Shown here: in pieces, positions 37,886 through 50,804 of the stretch
Layout of the letters: every line of letters begins with the position of its first letter
Numbering within the stretch: the stretch's first letter is position 1
Source: Lytechinus pictus
Lineage: Eukaryota
Length of the DNA stretch: 64,000 nucleotides
Reading direction: 5' to 3'
Assembly (NCBI RefSeq): GCF_037042905.1
Contig: NC_087251.1
Location: 10,480,001 to 10,544,000 of the forward strand
Made by a program: the position numbers and the translations under genes
Notes under the pieces: model-generated
Told to the model about the DNA's origin: nothing
Database searches by the model: none
What the model saw: the letters and a program-made list of their open reading frames with translations, nothing else

Positions 37886-40800
37886 ATGGACAAACCACAG
37901 ATCATAATTCATGCTACAAAATCCTTGAACATAACGCTATACGACGTGAAATGGATCCCCAGAAGTGCCCGGTTCGTTGTGCTTGGTTGCCACCCGAGAC
38001 AGACGGGGGCTTTGCAAGTGTTCGAGATGGATCAAGGAGAACCTAAATTAATACACGAGGTAGTATCAGATTCGTTGTTCCGGCGGGGAGGTGGCACTGC
38101 CGTGGTATTGATTTTACAAGATGGACACCAGTCACACCACACTTGTCCATGTCAATGCATTTACTGACCTGGGCCGTATTCTGAAAATTGCCTAGGCCCT
38201 AGTTAAAGGTCAATCAAGTCCACCCTAGGGCCTAGCCAGGCGGCTTCTAGAGAGTAAAAATCATTTACTAACGTAAGGTCAATCTCATGAAGCCAGGCCT
38301 TCTATCCCATAGACCCACACAATGGAAGCCAAAACCTGAAACTTTCACCCCCGAAATTTCTACTTTCTTTCTAAAAGATCTAGCCCTAAATCATGTACAT
38401 GGGATAAAACTTCATTTCCGACATTTCTACGCTCTCGTTATTTTTCAACAAGAATACATCAAAAAAATGAGAGAAATATTGTGTAAAGACGGAAGAGACT
38501 CGTCCAATGTTTACGCCGCCATCTTGTTTCCTATTGTTCTTCGCCAACGTTACAGACGTGTGCGTCGGGTAACGTTGGGGAAGAACAATAGAAAACAAGA
38601 TGGCGGCGTAAACATTGGGCGAGTCTCTTCCGTCTTTACACAATATTTCTCTCATTTTTTTGATGTATTCTTGTTCAAAAATAACAACGAGAGCGTAGAA
38701 ATGTCGGAAATGAAGTTTTATTCCATGTACATGATTTAGGGCTAGATCTTTTAGAAAGAAAGTAGAAATTTCGGGGGCGAAAGTTTCAGGTTTTTTGGTG
38801 GTACACGCAAAAGTATATGACGGAAGCCCTGGCTTCATATGAGAGTGACCTTACGTTAGAAAATGATTTTTACTCTCTAGAAGCCGCCTGGCTAGTCCAC
38901 CCCAGGAAACATGTCATGGGAAAATGTAACCCAGGGAGCTCCGGCCCGCACAGCGGGCCGGAGCCCAGGGGCTTACCGTGTATTTGACCATACTCACGGG
39001 ACTAGCGTGATTTATGGTCTAAATATTTCTCCAAATGAATTGTGAAAACAGAAATTATGCACTTACCACGATTATATGGATGAAGGTCTAACGAGTGGCA
39101 GTTTCCTGACATCGAGGCACAGACTGGAACTTCAAAAAAACGAAAAGTTCTCTCCTTCTACCCCCGTCTCGATTGGCCATTTGTGTTATGAATCGTAACA
39201 AAATGGCCGATCGAGACTGGGGTAGAAGGAGAGAACTTTTCGTTTTTTTGAAGTTCCAGTCTGAGCCTCGTCAGGAAACTGCCACTCGTTAGACCTTCAT
39301 CCATATAATCGTGGTAAGTGCATAATTTCTGTTTTCACAATTCATTTGGAAAAATATTTAGACCATAAATCACGCTAGTCCCGTGAGTATGGTCAAATAC
39401 ACGGTAAGCTCCTGGGCTGCGGGCGGGAGTTCCTGGGTTAGGGAAAATGCTGACTTGAATATAGACAGCTGGCATCCGTCTGTTTCGAGGAGTTTTTTAA
39501 CTTTTTTTTATTTTTTAAATTTCTCCTCGTAGTCCTACACAGACGGCTTGCTATCCTGCAGCCACCATTAGGGGACTTACAATGCAAAATCCCCCTGTCG
39601 GGGCTCTTCAATTTTTGTCTTTAATGAATCAAAATCTTGAAAATTAATGCGACCGAAATGTAAATTAATATTTCCTCTTGGTATTAATTGCCAAAAACAG
39701 GGAAAAAATCAAGTTAAAAGGAACAGAAACAGTGACTTACCTCGGCTGTCGCGCAAAATCACTTCCCTGTTTTATCCAAACTTAATACATACACGCATGG
39801 CCATTCAGTCCCCTGTACAGATCGCGCAAAAACTTTGGTCTCTGTATTTGGTGAGTGAAGCCAACAGAGTTCAGCTGAACAACCAACATAACATAACAGA
39901 GACCGAAGCTTTTGGTCTAACTTGAATAAAGAGAAAAATCAAACTAGCATAGTGCTGAAAATTTCATCAAAATCGGATGTAAAATAAGATAGTTTAGTTA
40001 TGACATTTTATTAAAGTTTCGCTTATTTTTCACAAAACAGTGATATGCACAACTAGGTGAGTCAGTCGATGTCAATCACTATTTCTTTTGTTTTTTATTG
40101 TTTGAAAAGAATTATACAATATTTCGTTTTTTACAGATTTGACAATAAGGACCAACTTGACTAGCTGAACCATATAGTGTTAACAGTGCTAATTCCCCAT
40201 GTTCAGGGAGGAATTAATCGTTGTATCACTTGACAATGAGGAGAAAATTGGAATATTTCATATAATAAAATACAAAAGAAATAGTGAGTGGATGACGTCG
40301 TAGTCTCCTCGTTTGCATACCCATCAGGATGTGCATATAATTGTTTTGTGAAATTAAGCGAAACTTTAAAATGTCATAACTTATTTTACATCCGATTTTT
40401 GATGAAATTTTCAGTGTTATGCTTGTTGGATTTTTCTCTTTTTATTCAAATCAACTTTTTGTTGGGGTGGACTTCACTTGTCCTTTAAGAGAAATATTCT
40501 TGTAATATCTTTGGAGTTACAATAAAATCTGTATTCTAAATTTTTTTGTATCTTTTCTTGTAACTTTCACTGAGCGCATACTTATATGTCAGAGCTATAA
40601 TGATGCGTAAGTTAAAAACGGTGCCTAAATAATGTATGTGCACAAGATAACATATCAAGATAAAAGGTTTTCTGAAAATTCTCTTATCTTTGCGTTCTGG
40701 TAACTTCCTTGCAAAAATACAAGAAAATTTACAAGAGGTAGGGGGCTATTGTAACTTAATGTTGCATGCGATATTTCTCGATCAAAAATAATAATTTCTT

Positions 40801-43800
40801 GCTGCATCCCGCAAGAACATCATGTTTTACTGCAGGAGACATTCCGAAGACATTACAGAGACGAATTGGTAGACTTTTCAGCAATTAAAAATTGGTAATC
40901 GAGATGATGAATCTTTCAAAGAAAATATGACTGAGATCAGCCACGTGTATATTTAGCACAGTGGCGCACATGCATAAGCGTCGGGGGGCGCAAGGGAAAT
41001 ACGCCTCATGTCAACAATGCCCTTATAATAATATTCAGAAGAGACACTTCTATTGGTTGGCCTAAGCATATATGATATAACAACTTTAATGATTGGTTGA
41101 TGACAGAATATTGGGCGTGTCAGAGATAAAATAGGGGACGTCCTTACAGAGATAAGACAATTTTCAGAATACCGGTTTAAGACAATTTTAGCGAGTTGTT
41201 ATCTTGCTTAGTTACAAAAAGTTACAAGAAAAGTTAAGACAATTTTCAGAATACCATCCCAGGGTAGAGCCCCGAGACAGCCAGAGGCGTTCCACTTGTA
41301 AAAAATATGAGTCATGATATTGATTGCAAAGTTCATGAAAAAATGCAGAAAAATTGAATTTCAAAAAGCGTGACCATATGTCGCACATGAGTTGTGTGGA
41401 CATTTAAAGTTGAACAAAATGTCAAGCACAAAATATGTACCTAGTATACAACATGGACAGCAAACTGCCATAGAATACCTTTCACTTACGGTATATTTCT
41501 CCAAATTTGCTTGCAAAATTGTGGTTTCCTGTTCCTTGTCAAGATGTTCAGATTCTCAGAATGGGCACTAAAGGTGACAAATTTGGTGGTATTATATTTT
41601 CACGAATACTGATTTTATCGAAAAGAAATAGGTAATTCTAGGTTGCTCTTCATGTGGATGTCAAATTTTTGGGATATTGAATTTTTTTTAGAAAAATGAT
41701 TGTTTGAGAAATAGGGTTATGTACAAAATGATGACACACGGACATACAAGCATGATAAATGATATATTATCAATTAACGGTAGTGAAAAAATGACATGTC
41801 TGGAAACACCATTGTTCAGTGAGTTGGACTATTCTAGAATTTTTGGGTGGTATTTCTAATAAATTAGGTACAGTAATCCTAGACCAAAAGCTTAGGTCTC
41901 TGTTATGTTGGTTGTTCCGCTGAACTCCGTTGGCTCCACTCACCAAATACAAAGACCAAAGTTCTAGCTCGATCTGTACAGGGACTCAATGGCCATATGT
42001 TTATGTATTAAGTTTGGATAAAACAGGGAAGTGATTTTGCGCGACAGCCGAAATAAGTCACTGTTTTTTCCCCTAAGTTTATTTTTCCCCCGTTTTGGTG
42101 CATTTCAGGCCAAAACGGAATAATAATCTTTATTTTGGTACAGTTCTTTTTATATATTTTTAATGAAATAAAGACAAAAATTTATGAGCCCCGTCGGGGG
42201 GATTTTGCATTGTTAACCCCCTAATGGTGGCTGCACGCTAGCGAGCCGTCTGTGTACGAGGAGAAATAATTTTTTTTTTTTAAACTCGAAACAGACGGCT
42301 GCCAGCTGTCTACAGTAATCCATGCCTTCACTTTCAATATTTTTTGTATTAAGAAGAAAAGACTACTTTTATATAGGGCATATTTTCATTTTACAATACA
42401 AATTGGCAAGTAATAAAAATGGAATCAACGTATTCAATCAAATCAGAGGGGCAATGAGATTGAGGTCATTAATTTAAGGTCTGATATTAAATCTAATCTA
42501 TGGAAATTTTTATTGTTTCTTTTTGTATTCATCAGGTGGAAAAGAAAGAAGCCTTCAAATGTGGAACATTTGGAGCTGCTAGTTTGAAGCAGAGGGATTT
42601 AGCCACGGGAGACTTCAGTGGCAATATGAGAATTTGGTAAGACCCAGCAAAGCATCTACATGTATGAATACTTTTATAAAGAACAACTCTCTAGTCATTC
42701 AATTTATTAATGTGATGCTCGCCAATATTTTTGATAGGAATATTGACCACACAGCAGAGCTCTAATAATGGTCAGTTGTGAGAGAATTTGGTGGCTCAAT
42801 GGTATTTGAACAGCATGGGATAGTAGTCTGCTAGCCAAACAGGAAAATTGAAGGGAGTCTTGGGCCAATAAGATTTCCAGATTTCTTTCTGAATTAATGA
42901 GCAAGGTATAAGTCGAGAGAAAGTCGATAACACAACGGTTTGAAATAGTATTTGCAAGCTGAGGAAAACTGTAAGAGTGACCTCTGCCATTTAGATAAAG
43001 AATAGCAAGCTATATATTCGATATGACATACATGCATATGTGTGTACATGTATAGCCTTAGGATGTGCATATGCTGTGCAATAGCACATCTTGGTGGCAG
43101 CGTCGTTTCTATCTGACTTCTTGGCCAATCATGAGCCAAATTAATATTGGCATCATTTATCACATGTACGTGATAATTAGCAATTTGGGGGCATTTAGAA
43201 CGTGGCATTGAACTGCATTAGCTTCAGGCTTATAATGTAAGTGTCAATTGGTAAGTTGACTATCGGCTAAGATCACTCTGGAACAGTGGGAGTGTTGGTC
43301 TCAAAGATGAGATCAGTGTTTGAAGTACATTAAAGTTGCAGTCATTGGTCTACTTTTCACTGATTCTGTGGTCTCGTATGATTCTAACAGTGGATAGCGC
43401 ACATGTATACATAAAGTACCATTGGAAATGATAGACTGTCGTCTATAATTTGATATTCAATACACATTGATATAAATTTAATGAATTTGCAAGCCAGTCT
43501 TCAATGTTAATGGGGTCATTGCTTTTTCAATGTAATTAGGGACCTAGAGAAATTGGAGAAACCAGTTTATTCTGTAGCAGCACACAATGAGATCATTAAC
43601 TGTATTGATGGAGTTGGAGGTCTTGGCATTGGTGAAGGAGCACCTGAGATAGCAACAGGGAGCCGAGATGGTGAGATATAATCAGTGATGTCAAAGGAAT
43701 ATAAATGGTGCAAATGATGGACTCTACATGAAATGAACCAAATATTTCAGGGGAAAGTCAGGGGAAGGCGGGCTTAGAGTTGTACAAATAATTTCAATCC

Positions 43801-46800
43801 AACAATGATTTGAGGAAAGCGGCTCCCCTTCCTCAAAATCATAAATAAATGTAAAATGGTGATATGGATCCTAATCAATTGACTGGCTCAAATTCATCAC
43901 GTTACCAGTCATTTATTCTAGCTAACTGCAAAATTTGCTGAATGACTGACTGTTAGTCTGGTACTAATGACTAGTTCTGTTGACCCCTCGTGGTGTTAAG
44001 ATGAGGATGGCTCGTCAAATAACAAGGATCCACACCTCTATCTTATAACACAGGCTTGAGCATTATTACAATTACACACTTGATACCATGAAACAATTGA
44101 AACTGTTCCAAAGGCACTTTGCACATTCAATTTTTACAAATGTAGTCAGAGCAATGCAGTAGACTTGATAGTGATAACAATTTATTGCAGAAATATACCA
44201 CAATCCTGGCATTGGTTGAATCACAAATATTGTAAAGTATATTGACCACCTTCAGCTGCAATCCATGAAATATTTTTATCACATTTCAATTACTTCTTTT
44301 AAAAAAAGTAGGTGTGAGGACACTACTTTGTAACTACATTTGAAGGAATAAAAGGGGTTAACCTTGCTTGTCTCATCTTCATCAAACTTTAGGCGCTGTA
44401 AAAATTTGGGATCCAAGACAGAAAGACAAACCGGTAGCTTGTATGGAACCTGCTGATGGGGAGAGCAAGAGAGATTGTTGGACTGTGGCTCTTGGTAAGT
44501 ACTACATGAAGTTTCTAATTGTATTCAGGTTTTTATTCTGACAGCATTTCTTCAATACAATAACAATTCAAAACTTAAATGAAAAAATAAATTGTTTTTT
44601 TGTAAAGTTTCTAGCAAATTCTTCATGCCACCACACTCAAATAAAAATATTGTGATGTTTTAGTTAAAATATGCTCTCATCCTTTAATTATGTTTGTCCA
44701 TAACAATGCCATCTTTTGACCAGTTGGTACATAAGAATACTATTGTCTTAACAAGTTGTGTGTTGGAAACTAGTTGTTATCACATAATAATTTCTTCTTA
44801 TAGACCATCCATATAATAAAGAGTATTACCGTTATTTTCATATTTTCACACACTATTCTTGTACTCATCTTTCATAATTCAATATATCTTATATATGTTT
44901 CTTACATTTTTCTCTTTTTCATGTAGGTCATGCGCATAATGATGAAGATCGATGTTTAGCAGCTGGATATGACAATGGTGATATTAAATTGTTTGATCTC
45001 AGGAACATGTCTTTAAGATGGGAAACAAATATTAGAAATGGGGTATGTATATCTGTCAAAATAATAAGTCATATTCTCTTTCACCACCCTCTAAATGAGG
45101 GGGGGGTGTCAATTCTGATGACATTCATCATAGTTGTACAATCCTAAACATGTTAATATTGTTTGCAGACTATATTACTACCAAGATCTGAAGGGGTATA
45201 AAACCAGTTAACCCTCCCCAATAAACTTGAGGTTTGAAAAGGTAAATTCTGATATGGTTAATCTGATATCCCTCAATGTTTGTGTATTTGGTAAAAATTT
45301 TGATGTTCTGATATGATTGCAGGTTTGAAGGCTAAGATACTTTATACCGTGGAAAGTGAAATACAGCTATACCAGGAACCTATGTTGAGTCCTGTGGCAG
45401 CATGGATATTTGTTTTCAGTACAACCAATGTTTAGCATTAGTGACATGTGTTTTGGGACTAGGAATTAGAAATTTCTAAAATGCACACAGGAATCCCAAA
45501 GTTTGTGTATTGTAGTTTGAATTATGATCACTTTTATGTAATTATTTTTTTAGAAGTGACATTCTAACCTTTTGTCAGGACTTGTAAATATGTTTTGGTA
45601 TTTTCATTGAAATGTATTGCAGATATGTGGTCTAGAGTTTGATCGTAAGGATATCGACATGAATAAACTAGTGGCTACCACCCTTGAAGCCAAGTACCAT
45701 CTCTTTGATATGAGGACACAACATCCAAAGTCTGGCTTTGAGTCCCTCAGTGAAAAAGTAAGTAATGAAGTGAAAAGAATTTGACATTTTTAATATTTGT
45801 CAGCCCACAGAGAGGTTGCTTTACATGAACCTCCATTAAACTATTCAGAAAAAAGTGACCACCTTTTGTGGTTTGACCAAACAACTTTTGATACAGAGCT
45901 TTTAAATCTTATCAAAGGTCTTTACTAGAAGATATAAGTAGTCGGACAATAATTGCATCAGTGGATTTGGGTCAGTGCTAAAATAGTCACTAAAGTTCTT
46001 GAAATTTGCAATGTGATGAAAATCCCTTTTTTTTTTCTCACAGAAATTGGTTAAACTCAAATGTTCAAAGATGTTCTTTTTTTTTTTTATGACTTTAAAA
46101 TTAATATATATAAACATTAAATAGGAAATGTAGCAAGTAAATTTTGATATCCCTCTTTCCATTTTGAAGAATAAAAGCTGATGAAATGTGGCTTGAAATT
46201 ATTGTGTCTCCAGTGGGTTGAAATCTTCCCAATTTAATGGACAAAACCAATGTCAAATTCACAAATAAAACGAATAATGGATGCATCTCAGTTCATTAAT
46301 TATGTTGAGATACAGTGGAAGCCTATCATCAAACTGACAAAATTATATTTCTTGATTATGAAATATTCATAAAGGTATTCAAAACGGTGAAATCAGGAAT
46401 TTCAGTTCTTAATCTGGAAAATTGCTTTATCAGACTTCTTATTGGGACTTGCATTATACCCCAAGTTGTATTGTAGGCTAAACATGACATTGTTAGTATT
46501 AGTTCTTGTGCTTTTTATATTATTTTCATTTTTTACAGGCCCATAAATCAACAGTATGGTGTGCAAGACATTTGCCTCAAAACAGAGATGTCTTTATGAC
46601 TTGTGGAGGTTCTGGCACTCTAAATCTTTGGAAATAGTAAGTAATTCAATTTTAGTCAATAATCAACACCTTTGAAACAATGAATAAAAATACAAATATG
46701 ATATTTATGTTCATCACAATGCACCTGTATCTCAACTCTTTTTTCTTGAAGTAAGTACCAAAGACTTGGAGAATGATATAAATAGAATCAGCCAATTGGG

Positions 46801-47300
46801 CTAGTTAGTATTTATGTGTCATCATGGATAAACTGTGTTCACAGAATTGGTATTGATTTGTAATGAAAATAATAGCAATCAGAAGAATGATACTGAACTT
46901 AGTCAAAATGAAAACTGACTTGAATATGTGCAATTACACCCCAGACAAAAATACAACAGTAATAGTAATGTATTTTATTAATTATCTGTATTCACTCAGC
47001 AAAACATTTTTTTCCTTCTTAGAACTGCTCCATCACTATTGGTCATTTTTAATATCATAATACGTTGAATGTTATATATATATTTTTTTCAGTGAATACC
47101 CAACATCGAGAGTACAAGAAGACTCCAATGGTGTAAAGACAGGTGTAATGGGATCTGTGTCTATGCTACAGAGTGTTGGGATATCTTCACAGCCTGTAGC
47201 AGGGTTTGATTGGAGTCCAGACAAGGCTGGTCTGTGTGTTTGCTCATCGTTTGATCAGTGTATCAGGGTACTCATCGTAACCAAGCTAGCAACATTATGA
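37886..47300 (+). CDS. DNAAF10: WD repeat protein 92 / dynein axonemal assembly factor 10, 354 aa; exons 37886-38059, 42536-42636, 43540-43670, 44393-44494, 44927-45042, 45623-45757, 46539-46636, 47093-47300
   Basis: Eight in-phase GT-AG exons totalling 1065 nt. Motifs typical of WDR92 (Monad): [125 protein letters not shown]. Confidence 0.96.
38233..38894. mobile_element. About 660-bp near-perfect palindromic element with TAG...CTA ends
   Basis: tagccaggcggcttctagagagtaaaaatcatt and its mirror. Arms pair almost to the centre (about 38560). gtccaccc is duplicated on the flanks. Confidence 0.9.
38927..39440. mobile_element. About 514-bp palindromic element with 9-bp TSD
   Basis: TAACCCAGG...CCTGGGTTA; TSD GGGAAAATG at 38918-38926 and 39441-39449; arms pair up to about 39190. 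Confidence 0.9.
39462..39919 (+). mobile_element. Non-autonomous element, TAGAC...GTCTA ends, 9-bp TSD (copy 1)
   Basis: TSD ACTTGAATA at 39453-39461 and 39920-39928; homologous to 41880-42312. Confidence 0.88.
41880..42312 (-). mobile_element. Same TAGAC...GTCTA family (copy 2, inverted)
   Basis: TSD CAGTAATCC at 41871-41879 and 42313-42321; the reverse complement aligns end to end with copy 1. Confidence 0.88.
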
Positions 47301-48575
47301 TGGATGTGATGTCATACAGAATACTTTATGTTGGGACACTTTTATCCGGAGGAAACACAGGATGTATTGTCTTTTGTGAACTGGCCTTCATAACAGACCC
47401 ATGAACAACCGTCTTTCAGTGAATATTTCCCATGGATGGTGGATGGATGTAGTATTGTGCCCTGTAACATAAAGTCAATTGATTGATCATAAGATTTTTG
47501 TTGTGATTGATTGCATATACATCTAATGCAGTCAGTCATGAAAAAAAAATGGTCATGAAGGTTTGTTTTACTTGACCCAGATGAGGCACAAATCTGACAT
47601 AACAACATTGTCTACAGTACATGCGATGATTTATCAATCTATTTTTGAATGAATTGTCACATCTTGCTGCTTCTTTATACAAATACGCAGTCAAGTCCAG
47701 GGAATAAGTTTGCTTTACAAATGTTAATAGCATTTTGGCCATAAGAGAAAAGCTCATAACTAAGTAATGTACAGTCCTATGTAAAAATATGCTATACAAA
47801 AAACTTTAAGCATAGCAGTCTTTCAAAAATGTGGAGCAAATTGCGATGCGATACCAGGAAAATTATTCCCTGAAGTCATGTATTTGTTTTTGTTTTTAGA
47901 CCAAACATTTAAAAAAAACTTCCTTTGTTTAATTCTTGGCATTTTGAATGCTTTAGGTGATAACTCACAAAACGTACATTAATTTTCTACATATGGCTGA
48001 GTGAAGTTACTAAAATATTCCATTCATTAAAATAAACAAAAAATATATACTCTAATGAGGATTAATGTTTTCACCCACATCAAAAATTTGTGATAGGCCG
48101 GTGGCCTCTTTTTTAGGAAGAAAGAAACTTGTAATAATTGTGTTCATTAATCATTTTACTCTGAATTTAGATATTTGCTTGCTCAATATCTATTCACATG
48201 TGGACCATGTTACACAAGGCCTAGTGCTTGAATGTAAAGCTTTATGTTGGATTGATTATGCAGATCATTATATGCAATTAATCATACAATCAGTTAACAG
48301 TACAATCAATTGCTAAGCTTTGTGATATGGGCCCCATTGCATAAAGCTTTTTGTTAACAAGAAGTACTACTGGGCTAAACTTTCATTTAGACCTGTTGGG
48401 AGAAAAAACGGTTTTTGGTTTGCCTCATTGAAATGTTCATATTACATGAATTTGTGATCAATATTATATGTAAAAAAACTTGGCATATGGAGATCATTGG
48501 ATGGCCAGTCTCCTTCCATAGGATTCTTGTAACATCAAGTTGGAAATTATAAAAGTGTGACTACAAGGGATATAT

Positions 48576-48927
48576 TATAATAATAATACCCAATTTTTAT
48601 ATAGCGCTTTTCCCAGAATGGCTCAAAGCGCTTTACAGCATATTATTACCCCGGTCATTGGATTCATTTCAATCCCGCACGAAAAGTGCTCAATTTTCAC
48701 TCCCTGGGGAGCATTGCTTGCATTCATCGCAGCCTCATTATGGCTCTGGCAAATTCAAACATACAATATCTTTCGCATCCTACCGGGTACCCATTTAGTA
48801 CCTGGGTCGAGAGAGGCAAAGTGTGAATTAACGCCTTGCCAAAGGACGCAAGACCATGGTGGGATTCGAACACACGACCCTCTGTTTACAAGGCGAGTGT
48901 CAGAACCACTACACCACAACTCTTCCA
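48576..48927 (-). mobile_element. tRNA-derived SINE with an L2/CR1-type 3' tail
   Basis: Minus-strand head has an A box TGGTGTAGTGG and a B box GTTCGAATCC. The body contains ccttggcaaggc-like and acccagg...aaatgggtacc motifs. Tail tgtaaagcgctttgag...gaaaagcgctatataaa followed by (TAT)n. Confidence 0.88.
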
Positions 48928-49256
48928 TATTATCTGGAATACTGTTAGATCCCTTAATGTCAAGTTTACACTCTAAACAAGTGTGACAGAATAGAGTACT
49001 GTCCATTGGACCCGCTTGTAATTTGTTACTGTAGAGTCCACTATCCCAACACATGTGTGTGTGTGTGTGTTTGTGATAATGTCTGATTTTTTTTCCAGTC
49101 AAAGTCTGTACATATTTTATGTAAATAAAATCAGTTTACAATGTACCAGTGTACTAAATTTTGCTTTTGGTTGTGGTGTTAGATTATGTAAGCTTGTGGA
49201 CCATATAATGCTGTTTAATATATTTAACACAAAATGAAAGGAATTTATGCTGCAGT

Positions 49257-49510
49257 CAGGGGCGGATCCAGGAAGTGGGGGGGGGGGCACATTTTTCTGA
49301 GGAAAAAAAAAGTTTTAACCAAAAATTATTGGTATTTCGTCCCCGAAGAAATTTGACAAGCAAAAAATACAATAAAAAAAAAACTTCACTTTCAAAGGGG
49401 GGGGGGGGGAACACTTCTGTTTTAATGGCATTTTTACATTACAAATTTTAATTTTGCTTCTCAAAAGGGGGGCACGGGCCGGCTGTGCCCCCTCCCTGGA
49501 TCAACCAGTG
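49257..49510. mobile_element. hAT-like MITE
   Basis: CAGGGGCGGATCCAGG...CCTGGATCAACCAGTG; near-perfect 8-bp TSD (g/c)CTGCAGT; shares aaatttgacaagcaaaaaa with the 17994 family. Confidence 0.75.
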
Positions 49511-50804
49511 CCTGCAGTCACACCGGTTAGACCGACTACAGACCTACCAAATCTATTACGTTATTATCATTGGTTTGGAGTCGGATTTGTTGGTGTTAGT
49601 TGCATTACATACAAATGTCCTGACACCAACACCAGTATATTCCCCCTAATTTTTTTTCCTCCATTTTTACATTGAATAAATAAAAGAAACAATATACAAT
49701 GATAAGATACATTGCATGTTTTTATTCAGCCTCTTGCACAGCACATGCATGAGTAAAGACTTAAACAATACACAAAAATAGTATTCAAAATACTTGTACA
49801 ACTTGTGAAATTGTCAATTTCTCAAATAACCTGAACCTATCTTGTCACAGTTACACCAATAAATAATTTTTTTTTTTCTAATTTGATTTCAGCTAAAAGA
49901 TTGTAAATACAATCCACCTGGCTCTTGCCCAATACACTTTCTATAAAAATAACTCTCAGACAACTGCAATATTCTGAACAAGTGGGTGTTCTATCATATT
50001 TTGCTGTTAGTAATGCACGACTTTCTATAAACCGTTCTGTGTTAAATCATCGGTGGCCATGTGTCTTGAACTTGCCACATAAAAAGGTGGTTTTGTTACA
50101 CTTTTCAAATTTCATTGGGTTCAATGACAATGGTATCATTTGAAAGCTGAATATTTCCTCTATCATGTCTGCAAATATTAGCATATTAAAATAAATAACA
50201 AAACAGCACTTGATAGAATGAAAAAACGGCGGAGGTGGTTGAGGGGGAAGCAAGAAATATTTGCGAGCATTGTGGTACATCCTGGAGCAGAAAGTAAAAA
50301 AAACAACCCAAAACTGATATTCAGAATTCAGAAACCAAGTACTGTAAAAGAAAGGGTTCAGAAAAGCACCAAAAACTTGCAAAAACGGTTGGTGATTAGC
50401 TGAATTCCAGTACTAGTCCTGAATGTTGTTTCAATCCCACTGTGTTGAAACACCAAGGAAAAATTGGGGAACCTTATTTCACACATTGTAATGCATAAAG
50501 CTGTGCATGACTTACAAACTGCTTCATAAAATACTAATATTTAATCTAAAGAATAGTTCTAAATCTTTGGTTTAGCAAGGGGTAGCCAAGGTATTTTTAA
50601 TGCCGTTAATGTTATGTTACTTACGTTACTGGCCTGTAGGTAGAGGACTATCATAACAAATAGTAAGTGTGACTTGAAATCAAGCCATCATCCACACAAT
50701 GTGAACTCATTCCAAATCACATCTCTGACAAGATGAAAATCTTGAGTATAAAAAGCAGATGGATGGAACAACAGACCCATATTTTAACTCTCACAATTGT
50801 TTAC

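Larger units (their letters stand above)
38203..40488. mobile_element. TTAA-targeting MITE, family K1 copy 3, split into four pieces
   Basis: Pieces 38203-38225, 38895-38926, 39441-39461 and 39920-40488 reassemble collinearly with the intact copies at 13310 and 60241. Confidence 0.88.
38171..41260. mobile_element. Outer DNA element (Harbinger-like ends) hosting a K1 MITE and three further inserts, in WDR92 intron 1
   Basis: gggccgtattctgaaaattg / caattttcagaataccatccc inverted ends; the aagacaatttt motif is repeated near the right end. Confidence 0.7.

Noticed and set aside
38287..38838. Two near-identical 150-aa ORFs on opposite strands
   Set aside because: They are mirror images produced by the palindromic element, with no recognisable domain.
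46304..46736. 12-bp inverted repeat (gttgagatacag/ctgtatctcaac) flanking WDR92 exon 7
   Set aside because: Too short to distinguish from chance or a transposon end.
48855..48927. Possible tRNA gene
   Set aside because: The A and B boxes run straight into a SINE body and LINE-type tail, and the acceptor stem is poor.
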